Positions 47,101 to 56,653 of a stretch of DNA of 64,000 nt are shown piece after piece. The stretch comes from Desulfatiglandales bacterium. GTDB taxonomy: Bacteria; Desulfobacterota; DSM-4660; Desulfatiglandales; HGW-15. The position numbers were made by a program, and so were the translations under genes. Position 1 is the first letter of the stretch, and each line of letters opens with the position of its first letter. The notes below the pieces were generated by a model. The model made no database searches and was not told where the DNA came from. It saw only the letters and a program-made list of their open reading frames with translations. The DNA is taken from assembly GCA_963667015.2 (NCBI GenBank), contig CAXXJJ010000004.1, positions 288,001 to 352,000 on the forward strand. The letters run 5' to 3'.

Positions 47101-50017
47101 ATGGACTGAGAATAAAGAGACTCAACTCGAAATTGTACCGGAAAAGACGAACTATAACGTAGGTGATACTGCCAGGTACACAATTAAAAACCCTTTTCCC
47201 GGAGCAAAGGCCCTCATCTCTATTGAACGAAACGGAATAATAAAACACTGGGTTCAAGCTCTTGATACAGCCATACCTGTTATCGATGTAAAAATTGAAA
47301 AGGATTATTTCCCGGAATATTATCTATCTGTAGTAGTGATGTCTCCAGATGCTGAAGAGTCTTCTAATGATAAAAACAATAAATCCGGTAAACCTGTTTT
47401 TAAAATGGGTTATGTAAAGACAACCCTGGATGAACCATATAAGGAACTCATTGTCGAAGCAAAACCTTTTAAAGAAACATACAAACCCGGAGAAAAGGTA
47501 AAGGTTGGTTTATATGTTGATCAAAGAAACCCAAAAAGCAATGACCCTGTTGAGCTTGCTGTAGTTGTTTTAAATGAAGATGTTTTTCAGCTTTTAAAGG
47601 AAGGCAAGGATTATTTTGATCCCTATAAAGGGTTCTATTCCGATTTTGGCCTTGGTGTAAAAAATTACAATTTACTTAAGGCTTATCTTGGTCTGGAGAA
47701 TTTTGAGGCGTCTGTTACACAGGGAGATAGGCCATACGAAGTATCTGACAGTCTTGGGATCGCTATCGCAGGGGGCTTATCGAGTATTAGTGAAAACGAG
47801 CCTGAAGTGCGCTCTAATTTTAAACCTGTTGCCTATTGGAACCCATCGATTTTTATCGATAGTAAAGGAAAGACAAGTATCGAGTTTGAGGCATCTGACG
47901 ATTTAACCGGATGGCGGATATTTGCCATGGCTGTAACTCCTACTGATCAGATGGGGTTAGGAGAAGGACATTTTAGCGTTACAAAAGATACTGAGATGCG
48001 TCCTGTTATGCCGAATCAGGTTACAGAAGGTGATAGCTTCAATGCGGGTTTCAGCATTATGAACAGGACTGATAAGACCCGTGAACTCACCATGACGATT
48101 ACTGCCGAAGGAGCTATTGAAACTGATTCAGGGCAGGACATTCAGAAGGTCACACAAAGTGTAATAGCAGAACCAAATAAACGTAAAACTGTGTGGCTGC
48201 CTTTAAGGGCAAAAGGTTCCGGAAAGATAAATTTTACAGTAAGAGGAGGAGACTCAACTGATCAGGACGGGTTTGTTTACGAGCTTGAAGTACGTAAAAT
48301 GGTAAATCTTGAAACTGCCGCAACATATGGAACAACTATTGATGGCGCAGTCATTGAACGACTGCATTTCCCTGATGATATAAGAGCAGATGTTGGAGAA
48401 GTAAAAGTATCCCTTACTCCAACTGTCATTGGCCAGGTCGACGGTGCATTTAAATATTTGCGCGATTATCCATATTCCTGCTGGGAACAGATCCTGACCA
48501 AAGGAGTCATGGCAAATCATTATCAGTATCTTAAAAGATATATGCCTGATGAATTTACATGGGAAGGTTCAGAAGGTTTAACTCGAGACGCTCTCGCAAA
48601 GGTTTCCGCACATCAGGCCCCAAATGGCGGAATGGCATATTACACTCCTGAAGATAGCCGTGTAAGTCCATATCTGAGTGCCTATACTGCAATTGCATTT
48701 GGCTGGCTAGAGGATCGTGGGTATAAAATACCTTCTGTGGTGCAGGAGAGGTTGAATGGGTATCTCCTGGATATGCTTAAAAAAGATGAGATTCCTGATT
48801 TCTATTCAACTGGCATGGCATCTACTGTACGGGCAGTTGCTTTAGCTGCACTGGCTAAACAGGGTAAAGTAACTATTGATGATTTGAAATTTTATTATCC
48901 TTATGTAAAGAAGATGGATCTGTTCGGAAAAGCCCATTTTCTTTTGGCTGCTGTTGGAGTAGCGGGATCAGAAGCTATTCAGAAAGAAGTCTTCAATATG
49001 ATCCTTTCGCAAGCTGACCAGACCGGAGGAAAGTTTATATTTAATGAGTCCCTTGATGACAGCTATTCAAGAATTCTAACATCATCTCTCAGAACAAATA
49101 GCGCAATATTAAGCAGCTTCATTGCTTATGGAAAGACAGAAGAAGGAAAAGATCTGGTAGGCGGTATACCGTTCAAGATGGTTCGATATATTACTCAGAC
49201 CCGTAAGCAGAGCGGAAGGTGGGAAAACACACAGGAAAATATCTTCTGTATGAATGCACTTATTGAATACAGTAAAGCCTATGAAAATGTTAAACCTGAT
49301 ATGAAAATTGTAACATTTTTAGACAATAAAATAATTGGCGATGCCATATTTAATGGTGTGCGGGACAATACTGTTGTTCATACAAAGCCTATAGAGAAAA
49401 AAGACCCGGGTCGTAAATCAGAAGTTATTATAGAGAGAAAAGGGAAGGGGAGATTGTATTATAGTGTGGGAATGGATTATGCCCCACTGAAACCAAATAC
49501 TGAACCGATCAACCCAGGGATTGATATTAAGCGGGAATACAGCGTGGAGCGGGACGGGGAATGTGTGTTGTTAAAAAGCCCCATGGAAATTAAAAGAGGA
49601 GAGATTGTGAGAGTTGATCTCTTTGTTTCTTTGCCTTCTGCGAGGAATTTTGTTGTGGTTGATGATCCGGTACCAGGCGGGCTGGAGCCGGTAAACAGTG
49701 ATCTTGCGACTTCTTCCCTGGTGGATGCTGATAAGGGTAAATTAAAACCTGCGAGAGGCTCATGGTGGTTTCATTATGGTGACTGGTCATACTATGGAAT
49801 GTCCAGATGGAGTTTTTATCACAGAGAATTACGGCATCATGCAGCAAGGTTTTACTCAGAATATCTGCCGGCAGGTAATTATCACCTGTCATATACAGCA
49901 CAGGCTATTGCTTCAGGTGAGTTTACTGTAATGCCGACCCATGCGGAGGAAATGTATGATCCTGATGTTTTTGGTAAGTCATCAGATGGTATTCTGAAGG
50001 TTGGGATGGAAGATTAA
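44105..50017 (+). CDS. Bacterial alpha-2-macroglobulin family protein
   Basis: YRPGDTV, DDLTGWR, thioester motif YPYSCWEQ, DPVPGGLE, AEEMYDP; start set at ATG 44105 after GGAG. Confidence 0.95.
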   Translation: MIKSARIFFLLVMLFALTSEYIYSINPEKAEESPQPLEIINTTPRGEDVPAGRQITFQFNRSVVPVGLMDRDASEIPIVITPDVKGQWRWLNASTLALMLDDENTLLPATHYKISVKPGIKAEDGLTLKETVNHTFITERPIVTGTRFNTWEAPGMPVIRIIFNQPVSKGSLEKHLVIRIKGKEKKTITFDIKPDSEYEKELERMQKYNDEGYIQSAYPEFMSQYKRKDKFTLVKNGIEYKTLWIVTPKDELPEGSSIEYHIKPGLESVYGPEGGIENRMIDSVPAFPPFSFIGIQCYDDKDRNVLITQNDEGCCCNPGKAIGIVFSSPVFKKEVIENISVEPAINFDLNHSPEQYNYRIGTLKKKEFEKYIIHLQGDFEPNTHYKIESNSNNIIDVFGRVIDEPFDIHFTTGHLMPDYDYRPVVVLEKDADTEMPFYTVNLDSVTFTYDRLTANGKDTSLKTEVKIPKNEDKRIVVPANVRKMLNGQSGIVTGQLDTIPPFKKNNYSRLDYFFAQVTPFHIHFKESKFSTMVWVTDMATGNPVSDVKVELYKGKDETPPDINNMKLLANGITNAEGIASFPIGLKEVEMKIYSKDAYRRLAARVTKGDDTAFIIDDYFFDVESQKYKTTIPIFWGTTAQGVYRPGDTVQYKIYVRDQDNTKFIPALSEGYGVIVKDPLRKTVLETKDLVLSEFGALQGEFKIPETGTSGEYRFELSTPFYTIPMSLMKILVSDYSSAPFEVTTETDKMIYHTGDNVKISTSAKLHNGGVYEGAGTRVTAMLDRFYDSYYSFFPKDSPAMGFSFDMSYKIEAYETETLGQFEGALDENGSLVNNFNVSSDLLFGKLIMESAVRDERGKYVTEVATAKYSSRDRFVGLKPKDGDSSGGICNKDELCESKILVVNATGKPTTDITVSINVEHSEIIYPAPSPGVNLAHSSELEKWKGVEAHTVKSDNKPLEYSFIPKKAGRYRVTASIKDSKGREHKSGLPIYVYDYKSVLWTENKETQLEIVPEKTNYNVGDTARYTIKNPFPGAKALISIERNGIIKHWVQALDTAIPVIDVKIEKDYFPEYYLSVVVMSPDAEESSNDKNNKSGKPVFKMGYVKTTLDEPYKELIVEAKPFKETYKPGEKVKVGLYVDQRNPKSNDPVELAVVVLNEDVFQLLKEGKDYFDPYKGFYSDFGLGVKNYNLLKAYLGLENFEASVTQGDRPYEVSDSLGIAIAGGLSSISENEPEVRSNFKPVAYWNPSIFIDSKGKTSIEFEASDDLTGWRIFAMAVTPTDQMGLGEGHFSVTKDTEMRPVMPNQVTEGDSFNAGFSIMNRTDKTRELTMTITAEGAIETDSGQDIQKVTQSVIAEPNKRKTVWLPLRAKGSGKINFTVRGGDSTDQDGFVYELEVRKMVNLETAATYGTTIDGAVIERLHFPDDIRADVGEVKVSLTPTVIGQVDGAFKYLRDYPYSCWEQILTKGVMANHYQYLKRYMPDEFTWEGSEGLTRDALAKVSAHQAPNGGMAYYTPEDSRVSPYLSAYTAIAFGWLEDRGYKIPSVVQERLNGYLLDMLKKDEIPDFYSTGMASTVRAVALAALAKQGKVTIDDLKFYYPYVKKMDLFGKAHFLLAAVGVAGSEAIQKEVFNMILSQADQTGGKFIFNESLDDSYSRILTSSLRTNSAILSSFIAYGKTEEGKDLVGGIPFKMVRYITQTRKQSGRWENTQENIFCMNALIEYSKAYENVKPDMKIVTFLDNKIIGDAIFNGVRDNTVVHTKPIEKKDPGRKSEVIIERKGKGRLYYSVGMDYAPLKPNTEPINPGIDIKREYSVERDGECVLLKSPMEIKRGEIVRVDLFVSLPSARNFVVVDDPVPGGLEPVNSDLATSSLVDADKGKLKPARGSWWFHYGDWSYYGMSRWSFYHRELRHHAARFYSEYLPAGNYHLSYTAQAIASGEFTVMPTHAEEMYDPDVFGKSSDGILKVGMED

Positions 50018-50092
50018 AAGGTAGAGAATGGACAGAAATCAGAGATCAGAAAAATAAATAACAGGATAGAAAAAACAGAAAATAGGAAAAGC

Positions 50093-50142
50093 GACGCAGA
50101 GCGTCTAAAAACATTCGTTCCCAGGGAGACCGTAGGAACGAG
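50093..50142 (+). repeat. REP family A copy
   Basis: GACGCAGAGCGTC ... CGTTCCCAGGGAGACCGTAGGAACGAG. Confidence 0.9.
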
Positions 50143-50162
50143 AGAATGGAGAATTATTAATC

Positions 50163-50717
50163 ATGAAAATGAAGGATATTCAAATCAGGGAAACTGAAAA
50201 TAAGGATTTTAACGATATCATGGAGGTCGAAGAGCAGGCATTCGGTTATATTAAAGAGGCCAATTTAACAGCTGATCTGTTAAAGGATAAAACCGCAAGG
50301 CCGATTCTTTCTTTGCTGGCTTTTAATGAAGGTAATGCAATCGGTCATGTTTTATTTACAAGGGTATGCCTGGATGAAAGAAAAGATCAGCCTTTACTTC
50401 ATATTCTTGCACCTCTTGCGATTAAACCGGATTACCAGAAAATGGGAGTCGGCGGTATGCTGATTAGTGAGGGATTAAAGCTGCTGAAAGAGATGGGATC
50501 TGAACTGGTTTTTGTTCTGGGGCATATGGACTATTACCCCAAATTTGGTTTTATCCCTGACGCAGCCAGTCTGGGGTATTCTGCGCCATATCCGATCCCT
50601 GAGAAATTTAGAAATGCATGGATGGTTCAATCTCTTAACCCTGAAGGATTTTCAGGTAGCAAAGGCAAGGTTGTTTGTGCGGATGAGTTGAATAAACCGG
50701 AGCACTGGAGAGAGTAA
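50163..50717 (+). CDS. GNAT family N-acetyltransferase (YhbS-like)
   Basis: LAPLAIKPDYQKMGVGG, VLGHMDYYPKFGF. Confidence 0.92.
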   Translation: MKMKDIQIRETENKDFNDIMEVEEQAFGYIKEANLTADLLKDKTARPILSLLAFNEGNAIGHVLFTRVCLDERKDQPLLHILAPLAIKPDYQKMGVGGMLISEGLKLLKEMGSELVFVLGHMDYYPKFGFIPDAASLGYSAPYPIPEKFRNAWMVQSLNPEGFSGSKGKVVCADELNKPEHWRE

Positions 50718-50872
50718 TTTTATCGTGCTGATCCGAAAACAGGATTTTCGGATTAACACTTATGAACCTTTCCTGAAAAAGCCAAAAATTTTGATCACAA
50801 TTATAAATCACATTGTAATAAATATTCCTGCCTGATAAAAACATATTCTATTAAAAAAACAGGAGATTTATT

Positions 50873-52075
50873 GTGTCATCCAGTGTTAATTCTGTTGCAG
50901 AACAGAGAAATGATCCAGACAAATTTCAATGGGGAGGAGTTCTTTTAATATCCTTCTGCCATATGATTCATGATATATATACCAGTTTTCTATCGCCGCT
51001 ATTGCCGCTCCTTATTGAAAAACTCTCCATAAACCTGACACAGGCAGGTTTGCTTGGAACAATTGTCCAGCTTCCATCATTATTAAATCCACTGATTGGA
51101 AGATGGGCAGATAAAGGTGACAGGGCAAGACTTTTTATTGTTCTGGGGCCTGTTCTCACTTCTGTTCCAATGAGCCTGCTGGGGCTTGCTCCCACATATA
51201 GTGTCTTGATTCTGATTCTTCTTGTTGTTGGTATCAGTACATCTGTTTTTCACGTACCAGCTCCGGTTATGGTGGGAAGACTCTCCGGTGACCGAAAGGG
51301 ACTGGGAATGAGTTTTTTCATGATAGGAGGAGAATCGGCCAGGATGTTAGGCCCCTTGGCGGCTGTGGGCGCTGTTTCCCTGTGGGGTCTTGAGGGTTAT
51401 TACCCTGTAATGGTGGTAGGGATAGCATCTTCTATCATAATTTATATGCGGTTTAAAGATGTTCCAGTCAGTCTAAATAGAAGGTCACCTGGTTCTCTTC
51501 GAGAGGCATATATTGAAATAAAACCCATAATGAAACCCCTTACCTTGATTCTGTTTTCAAGAGGATTCATGCATGGTTCTCTGGCGACATTTCTCCCAAT
51601 TTTTATCAAACAGGAGACAGGAAGCCTCTGGCTGGCAGGGGCAGCGCTTGCAATGTATGAGGCATCAGGTGTAGCAGGGATATTTACAGCCGGCCCATTA
51701 AGCGATACGATTGGCAGAAAGCGTATCCTTGGTTTCCAGCTTATGTCTGCACCATTTTTTCTGCTCCTTTTTATTGCTTTAAGCGGCTGGTTGAAAGGTA
51801 TTGCGCTTATCCTGACAGGTTTTACGCTTCTGTCCACAACACCTGTAATGCTTGCAATGATCCAGGAACACGCAAAAAACAGCCCTTCTGCTGCGAACGG
51901 TTTTTATATGATGATATCATTTATCGCCAGATCTGCAGTGATTGTACTGATCGGATTTTGCGGGGATCTGGTAGGACTCAAAATAACATATTATATAAGC
52001 GCTGTTATGGGAATAGCTGGAATTCCGTTTTTGTTAATGCTGCCGGAAAATGAAAATAAAATAGTAACTTCATAA
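50873..52075 (+). CDS. MFS transporter, Fsr (fosmidomycin resistance)-like
   Basis: HMIHDIY, SVFHVPA, GMSFFMIGG, GPLSDTIGRK; about 12 TM segments. Confidence 0.88.
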   Translation: MSSSVNSVAEQRNDPDKFQWGGVLLISFCHMIHDIYTSFLSPLLPLLIEKLSINLTQAGLLGTIVQLPSLLNPLIGRWADKGDRARLFIVLGPVLTSVPMSLLGLAPTYSVLILILLVVGISTSVFHVPAPVMVGRLSGDRKGLGMSFFMIGGESARMLGPLAAVGAVSLWGLEGYYPVMVVGIASSIIIYMRFKDVPVSLNRRSPGSLREAYIEIKPIMKPLTLILFSRGFMHGSLATFLPIFIKQETGSLWLAGAALAMYEASGVAGIFTAGPLSDTIGRKRILGFQLMSAPFFLLLFIALSGWLKGIALILTGFTLLSTTPVMLAMIQEHAKNSPSAANGFYMMISFIARSAVIVLIGFCGDLVGLKITYYISAVMGIAGIPFLLMLPENENKIVTS

Positions 52076-52101
52076 ACAGACCAAGTATAGACTGGTAATA
52101 A

Positions 52102-52149
52102 GACGCAGAGCGTCAAGAAACCCGTTTCCACGGCGACCCTGGGAACGAG
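52102..52149 (+). repeat. REP family A copy
   Basis: GACGCAGAGCGTC ... CGTTTCCACGGCGACCCTGGGAACGAG. Confidence 0.9.
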
Positions 52150-52186
52150 AGGAAAGGCGGGGTTGATTTAGTAGTTACAATCCATC

Positions 52187-52216
52187 GTAGGGGCAGGCCT
52201 GCGTGCCTGCCCCTAC
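52187..52216. repeat. GTAG-type REP palindrome
   Basis: GTAGGGGCAGGC-CTGCGT-GCCTGCCCCTAC, perfect 12-bp arms. Confidence 0.85.
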
Positions 52217-52290
52217 ATTGCTGAATATACTTTTTATGCACTATTAAAATTAAGATAAAGGGCAGGGGCCGAGGAAGGAAAATAGAAGAT

Positions 52291-54378
52291 ATGGGAATAG
52301 AAAATAAAATACCCAGAGTTTATACTGCTGTATTTACAATTCTTTTAGTCTTATGTAATTTTTCAACTGCAAATGCCAAACTCGCATTAAAAGAAATTAG
52401 AACTGCTTCAAATGATGTTCTGGTCGCCTTTTTTACCAGTGATATTATTGATGTTAATGAAGCGGATATAACTGATCTGTCAAGCTGGGAGGTTAATGGA
52501 AAACCTGTAAAAAGTATAAATAAATATGTTGTCCAGGCTGATCCATGTGATCATCATATTTACCTTCAGACTGAAACGTTTGAAAATGGCAAAGAATATT
52601 CCCTGAATACCCCTTATGGAAATACTAAATTTACCTTTAATCCGAAAACTATCCAGTGCGAGTCAATTAAGGTAAATCAGGCGGGTTACAGCGCTCTCTC
52701 TAAAAAACGATATGCCAATTTTTCTATATGGCTTGGAACTGGTGGAAGTCGAATAATCGAGGGTGATTTACCTGTTTATGAGGTAATTAATCTGTCATCA
52801 GGAGAGGTAATTGTAATAAGTCAGTTAAAAGAAATTGGTAAAGACGATTCTTCCGGTGACTTTGTATATCGTATCGATCTTTCTTCTGTTCCTGAAGGCG
52901 GCCCCTATAAAATAGTTGTTGAAGGTTATGGTAGTTCATATCCATTCGGGATAGGCGGGGAGTTTTCAAAACGGGCTGCCTATCTTCTATTTCGTGCCCA
53001 ATATTTACAACGATGCGGCTGCCCCATTCACATGCCTGACATAAGAGAAAAGCCGTGCCACACTCTTATTTATGATGTTGATGGCCCGATAGGTGAAGCA
53101 AATATCATTGTTAAAGGTGATGAAAGGGCATTTAGAGTATATGGCGGATATCACGATGCCGGAGACGCTGATAGAAGGGCATATCACATTTCAAATCCCA
53201 TTATTAACCTGTTGATTTATGAGGCATTTCCTGAATATTTTTATGATGGTCAGTATGACATTCCCGGAGAATTTGATGATGAATATAATATTGTAAACTA
53301 TGAAAATAAAATCCCGGATATAATTGACGAGGCAGAATGGGGAACACTTGCATGGGAATATTTGCAGAATGAGGATGGAAGTGTTCATTTTGGTACTGAA
53401 ACAAAGGGGTATCCCGATCCATTTGCAGCGCCAATGGATAAGGATGATAAAAAGTACGGTACTGTCGGGATAGATTCAAGAGCAACTACTACCTGTGCAG
53501 GACTCTTCATGCATCTTGCCAGGATAATAAAGCCCTATAAACCAGAACGTGCTAACGAGCTCATAGATAGAGCTGAAAGGGCTTTCGACTTCAGCTCAGA
53601 TAAAATGGCTGGTCCTGAAAAACTTTATTATTATATTCAGAAATATCTTTTAACAAGGGATGAAGCAGTTCATCAAAAGGTCAAAGGACTATATAAAGTA
53701 GCGGGATCTCTCAAGAACAATTTATATGCTACTCCCGGATACTCTCTAAATGATGCTAACTTTGATAATCCTGGCTATATCTATTCATATATTATTGAAA
53801 AAGACGTGCCTGTTGATCCTGTAATAGTGGAATATTTTAAGAATGCTATCAAAGAAGCCGCAGACAGCAATATCGAGGAATTGAAAAAACATGCATATCC
53901 TGTAGGAAATAATTCAGTTGCAGGAGGGTGGGGACATAATGTAAGGCAACCCCTTTATGCCTGCGCCCCGATGCTTTACTGGGATTTGAGCGGAGATCAG
54001 AAATATCTGAATGCCGCCTCGGAGCTGATGGACTATAAACTCGGACTTAATTCTCTGAATATTTCCTATGTTACAGGGCTTGGTTTTAATCAGGTTCATA
54101 ATCCCCATGACCGTGAAAGCGCATATACTATATCTAAAGGGTGGGGACCCAAGCCCGGTATAACTGTTTTTGGACCGGGTGTACCCGGATGGAACGGTGG
54201 AAATGCCAAAGTACTTCCTGCTGTAAAAGAACTCTCAAGCGAGCGACTCTATGTGGATGACCGAGAACTTATCTCATTCAATGAGTTTACTATTTTTGAA
54301 ACAATGACCCATGATGCACTGTATACCGTGCTTGCAAATGGCGGGAAATGGGATGGGGAAAATCCTTTTAAGGAATAG
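52291..54378 (+). CDS. Glycoside hydrolase family 9 with N-terminal Ig-like domain
   Basis: Signal peptide; IKVNQAGY, GGYHDAGD, SYVTGLG, NPH, NEFTI. Confidence 0.88.
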   Translation: MGIENKIPRVYTAVFTILLVLCNFSTANAKLALKEIRTASNDVLVAFFTSDIIDVNEADITDLSSWEVNGKPVKSINKYVVQADPCDHHIYLQTETFENGKEYSLNTPYGNTKFTFNPKTIQCESIKVNQAGYSALSKKRYANFSIWLGTGGSRIIEGDLPVYEVINLSSGEVIVISQLKEIGKDDSSGDFVYRIDLSSVPEGGPYKIVVEGYGSSYPFGIGGEFSKRAAYLLFRAQYLQRCGCPIHMPDIREKPCHTLIYDVDGPIGEANIIVKGDERAFRVYGGYHDAGDADRRAYHISNPIINLLIYEAFPEYFYDGQYDIPGEFDDEYNIVNYENKIPDIIDEAEWGTLAWEYLQNEDGSVHFGTETKGYPDPFAAPMDKDDKKYGTVGIDSRATTTCAGLFMHLARIIKPYKPERANELIDRAERAFDFSSDKMAGPEKLYYYIQKYLLTRDEAVHQKVKGLYKVAGSLKNNLYATPGYSLNDANFDNPGYIYSYIIEKDVPVDPVIVEYFKNAIKEAADSNIEELKKHAYPVGNNSVAGGWGHNVRQPLYACAPMLYWDLSGDQKYLNAASELMDYKLGLNSLNISYVTGLGFNQVHNPHDRESAYTISKGWGPKPGITVFGPGVPGWNGGNAKVLPAVKELSSERLYVDDRELISFNEFTIFETMTHDALYTVLANGGKWDGENPFKE

Positions 54379-54391
54379 AGACAAAAGATGA

Positions 54392-54567
54392 ACTTCCAAC
54401 GTGCAACATTCAACATCCAATGATCAAAAAAAGCAGGATACATTGTCTTTTCCACTCGTTCCTGCATTTTCCGTGGGAACGAGGCGGTCAGGCACAGGGG
54501 CCTGACCCTACATTATTTTGTTGATTAATTGGGAGTTGAAAGTTGGACGTTCGATGTTGGATGTTCA
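54392..54567. repeat. Nested element: 7-mer arms enclosing a REP family A half and a GTAG-type REP
   Basis: CAACATT/CAACATC run (54392-54420); CTCGTTCC...GGGAACGAG (54455-54483); GTCAGGC..GCCTGACCCTAC (54487-54511); TTGGACG/TTCGATG/TTGGATG run (54535-54567). Confidence 0.8.
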
Positions 54568-54644
54568 TGCTTTTTTCACTCCAACCCTCGCCCCCTTTAA
54601 TCCTTGTCGAAGATCCCGCGTTGTATGCGGGAACCCCTGCCTTT

Positions 54645-56318
54645 CTATCCCTTTGCTTTATTCTCGATAAAAACCTCAACAAGTCTTGGCTTATTATCAT
54701 CAATAGCTTCCTTGAGTGCATTTTCAAGATCGCCTGGCTCAGTCACCTGAATTGCCTCTACTCCCATGGACTCGGCAAGCTGTTTGAAGTTGATGACAGG
54801 TTCATCTATTTCCATACCGTCATGTTTTTCAGTTAGTACATATTCGCCAAGCACCAGTTTTCTTACCAGTTTAACCTGCCTGTAAACCCCGTTATTGGTA
54901 ATTACAAATGTTACAGGGAGATTGTACCGGGCTGCTGTCCACAGGCTCTGCATGGACCATGCTGTGCTCCCGTCACCACACACCGCTATAACATTTTTGT
55001 CCGGGGCGCCGAGACTCACTCCCATTGAACCGGGAAGGCCCCATCCTATACTGCCTCCTTTGCGGGCTCTTATAAATTGACCGGCCTTTGAAAAATTAAC
55101 AATTTGTCTTAACATCTGTGATGATGACCAGCAGTCGTCCACAATAACAGTTTTTTCTGTGGTGAGTTTGGCAATTTCCTTCATAAGTCTTGTTACAGCA
55201 ATTGGGCTGTTTTCTTTTTCTGCAGTAACCTGCTTTTCCAGCCTGTCAATCATGCATGCCTTCTTATTGCCTGTTTCCTGTTTCCTTTTTTCTATATTCT
55301 CTCTTGCCTCTTTCGGTAAATCCTTTTCAAGAAGACTGTTCAGATCGATTAATACCGCCTTGATGTCTCCTTGAATACCGCAGTCAGTTACCATATTTTT
55401 ACCCAGTTCCCAGGGATTTTCATCAATGTGAATTACCTTTATATTTTCCGGTAAAACTTCTTCCGGATTATAAAAACTTGGACTGAAAAGGGAGCATCCT
55501 GTTCCGATAAGCAGATCTGCATCTTTTAAAGTTTCCTTTGTACCGGGTTGTGAAGGGTCAAGATCCCCAAGGTACAGGGGGTGCCTTACAGGAAAGTTTA
55601 CATCGGACATCCATGCCTGATAAACCCTTGATCCTGTCAATTCTGCGAATTTAACAATCTCGTCAAGGGCATTACACCTCGTAATGCCGCTTTCAACCAT
55701 AATAACAGGCTGTTTTGCTGCTTTAATTAAATCAAATGCCTTTTTAAGTGCCCTTGTGTCCGGCCTTACTCCTGAATAAACCGAGCTTTTGGGTCTTTCG
55801 TCAAACTCAATTTCATGGGTCATAAGGTTCTGGGGCAGTGAAACAAGAACCGGTCCCTGAGGATGCTGTACAGCCATTTTAAAGGCACGCTGTATTATCA
55901 TGGGTATATCTTCAGCGTGCTGAATCTCAGTGCTCCATTTGCAGTATATCTTTCCCATTCCCACAATATCACCGGTAAGATGCGGGTCATGCTGGAGAAG
56001 TCTTGTATCCTGCTGCCCTGCCGTAACGACCAGAGGCACACCTCCTGCCTGAGAATTATAAAGCATGCCAAGAGCGCTTGCCACACCGGGTCCGGTATGG
56101 AGATTTAAAAAACCCGGCTTTCCACTTGCCCTTGCATAGCCTTCCGCCATTCCGGCAGATACTATTTCATTAAGGCCAAGGATATATTTAATATCGGTAC
56201 TGTTCTCCAGGGCATCCATAAAGACCACTTCTGTTGCACCGGGAATACCAAAAACATACTCAACTCCTTCATTTTTCAATATCTCTATTAATGCCTCAGC
56301 ACCTTTCATTTTTGGCAT
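54645..56318 (-). CDS. Thiamine pyrophosphate-dependent enzyme, benzoylformate decarboxylase-like
   Basis: VFGIPGATE, NLHTGPG, GDGS...NN TPP motif; start set at ATG 56318 after AGGAG. Confidence 0.9.
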   Translation of the reverse strand: MPKMKGAEALIEILKNEGVEYVFGIPGATEVVFMDALENSTDIKYILGLNEIVSAGMAEGYARASGKPGFLNLHTGPGVASALGMLYNSQAGGVPLVVTAGQQDTRLLQHDPHLTGDIVGMGKIYCKWSTEIQHAEDIPMIIQRAFKMAVQHPQGPVLVSLPQNLMTHEIEFDERPKSSVYSGVRPDTRALKKAFDLIKAAKQPVIMVESGITRCNALDEIVKFAELTGSRVYQAWMSDVNFPVRHPLYLGDLDPSQPGTKETLKDADLLIGTGCSLFSPSFYNPEEVLPENIKVIHIDENPWELGKNMVTDCGIQGDIKAVLIDLNSLLEKDLPKEARENIEKRKQETGNKKACMIDRLEKQVTAEKENSPIAVTRLMKEIAKLTTEKTVIVDDCWSSSQMLRQIVNFSKAGQFIRARKGGSIGWGLPGSMGVSLGAPDKNVIAVCGDGSTAWSMQSLWTAARYNLPVTFVITNNGVYRQVKLVRKLVLGEYVLTEKHDGMEIDEPVINFKQLAESMGVEAIQVTEPGDLENALKEAIDDNKPRLVEVFIENKAKG

Positions 56319-56423
56319 TTCTTTTCTCCTTTTTTTTAAAATAACTCCCAATTCGATTAGAGGTTTTACACTATATTTACATTCGTTCTTCCTTTCAAAT
56401 ATTTTTTTAAAAAAACTTATTCA

Positions 56424-56564
56424 CCACGGAGAACACGGGTAGCACTGAGGAAAATCTAAAAAATAAAACATATCACTTGCCGCTTCGTTAGAACTCACAG
56501 AGTTCACAGAGAAAAACAAAAACACTTTTTATAAATAAAAGCTTTTCTCCGTATACTCCGTGGT
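56424..56564. repeat. 9-bp-period arrays (CACGGAG/CACAGAG) with an inverted CTCCGT arm
   Basis: CCACGGAGA ACACGGGTA GCACTGAGG; TCACAGAGT TCACAGAGA; CTCCGTATA CTCCGTGGT. Confidence 0.7.
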
Positions 56565-56621
56565 AATTCATATACACACAACCGTTAACCTATGTTTAGT
56601 TAACAGGCACTTAAGAGTAAA

Positions 56622-56653
56622 TGTCATTCTCCAGCTTGACCGGAGAATCCAGT
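56622..56653. repeat. GTCATT...GAATCCAG-type palindrome
   Basis: TGTCATTCTCCAGCTTGACCGGAGAATCCAGT. Confidence 0.65.

Noticed and set aside
43203..50017. Diversity-generating retroelement (Avd-like gene next to a large surface protein)
   Set aside because: No reverse transcriptase, and I saw no template/variable repeat pair differing at adenines
6949..54483. CRISPR array made of the recurring repeats
   Set aside because: Copies are dispersed, degenerate and in both orientations, with no regular spacers and no cas genes
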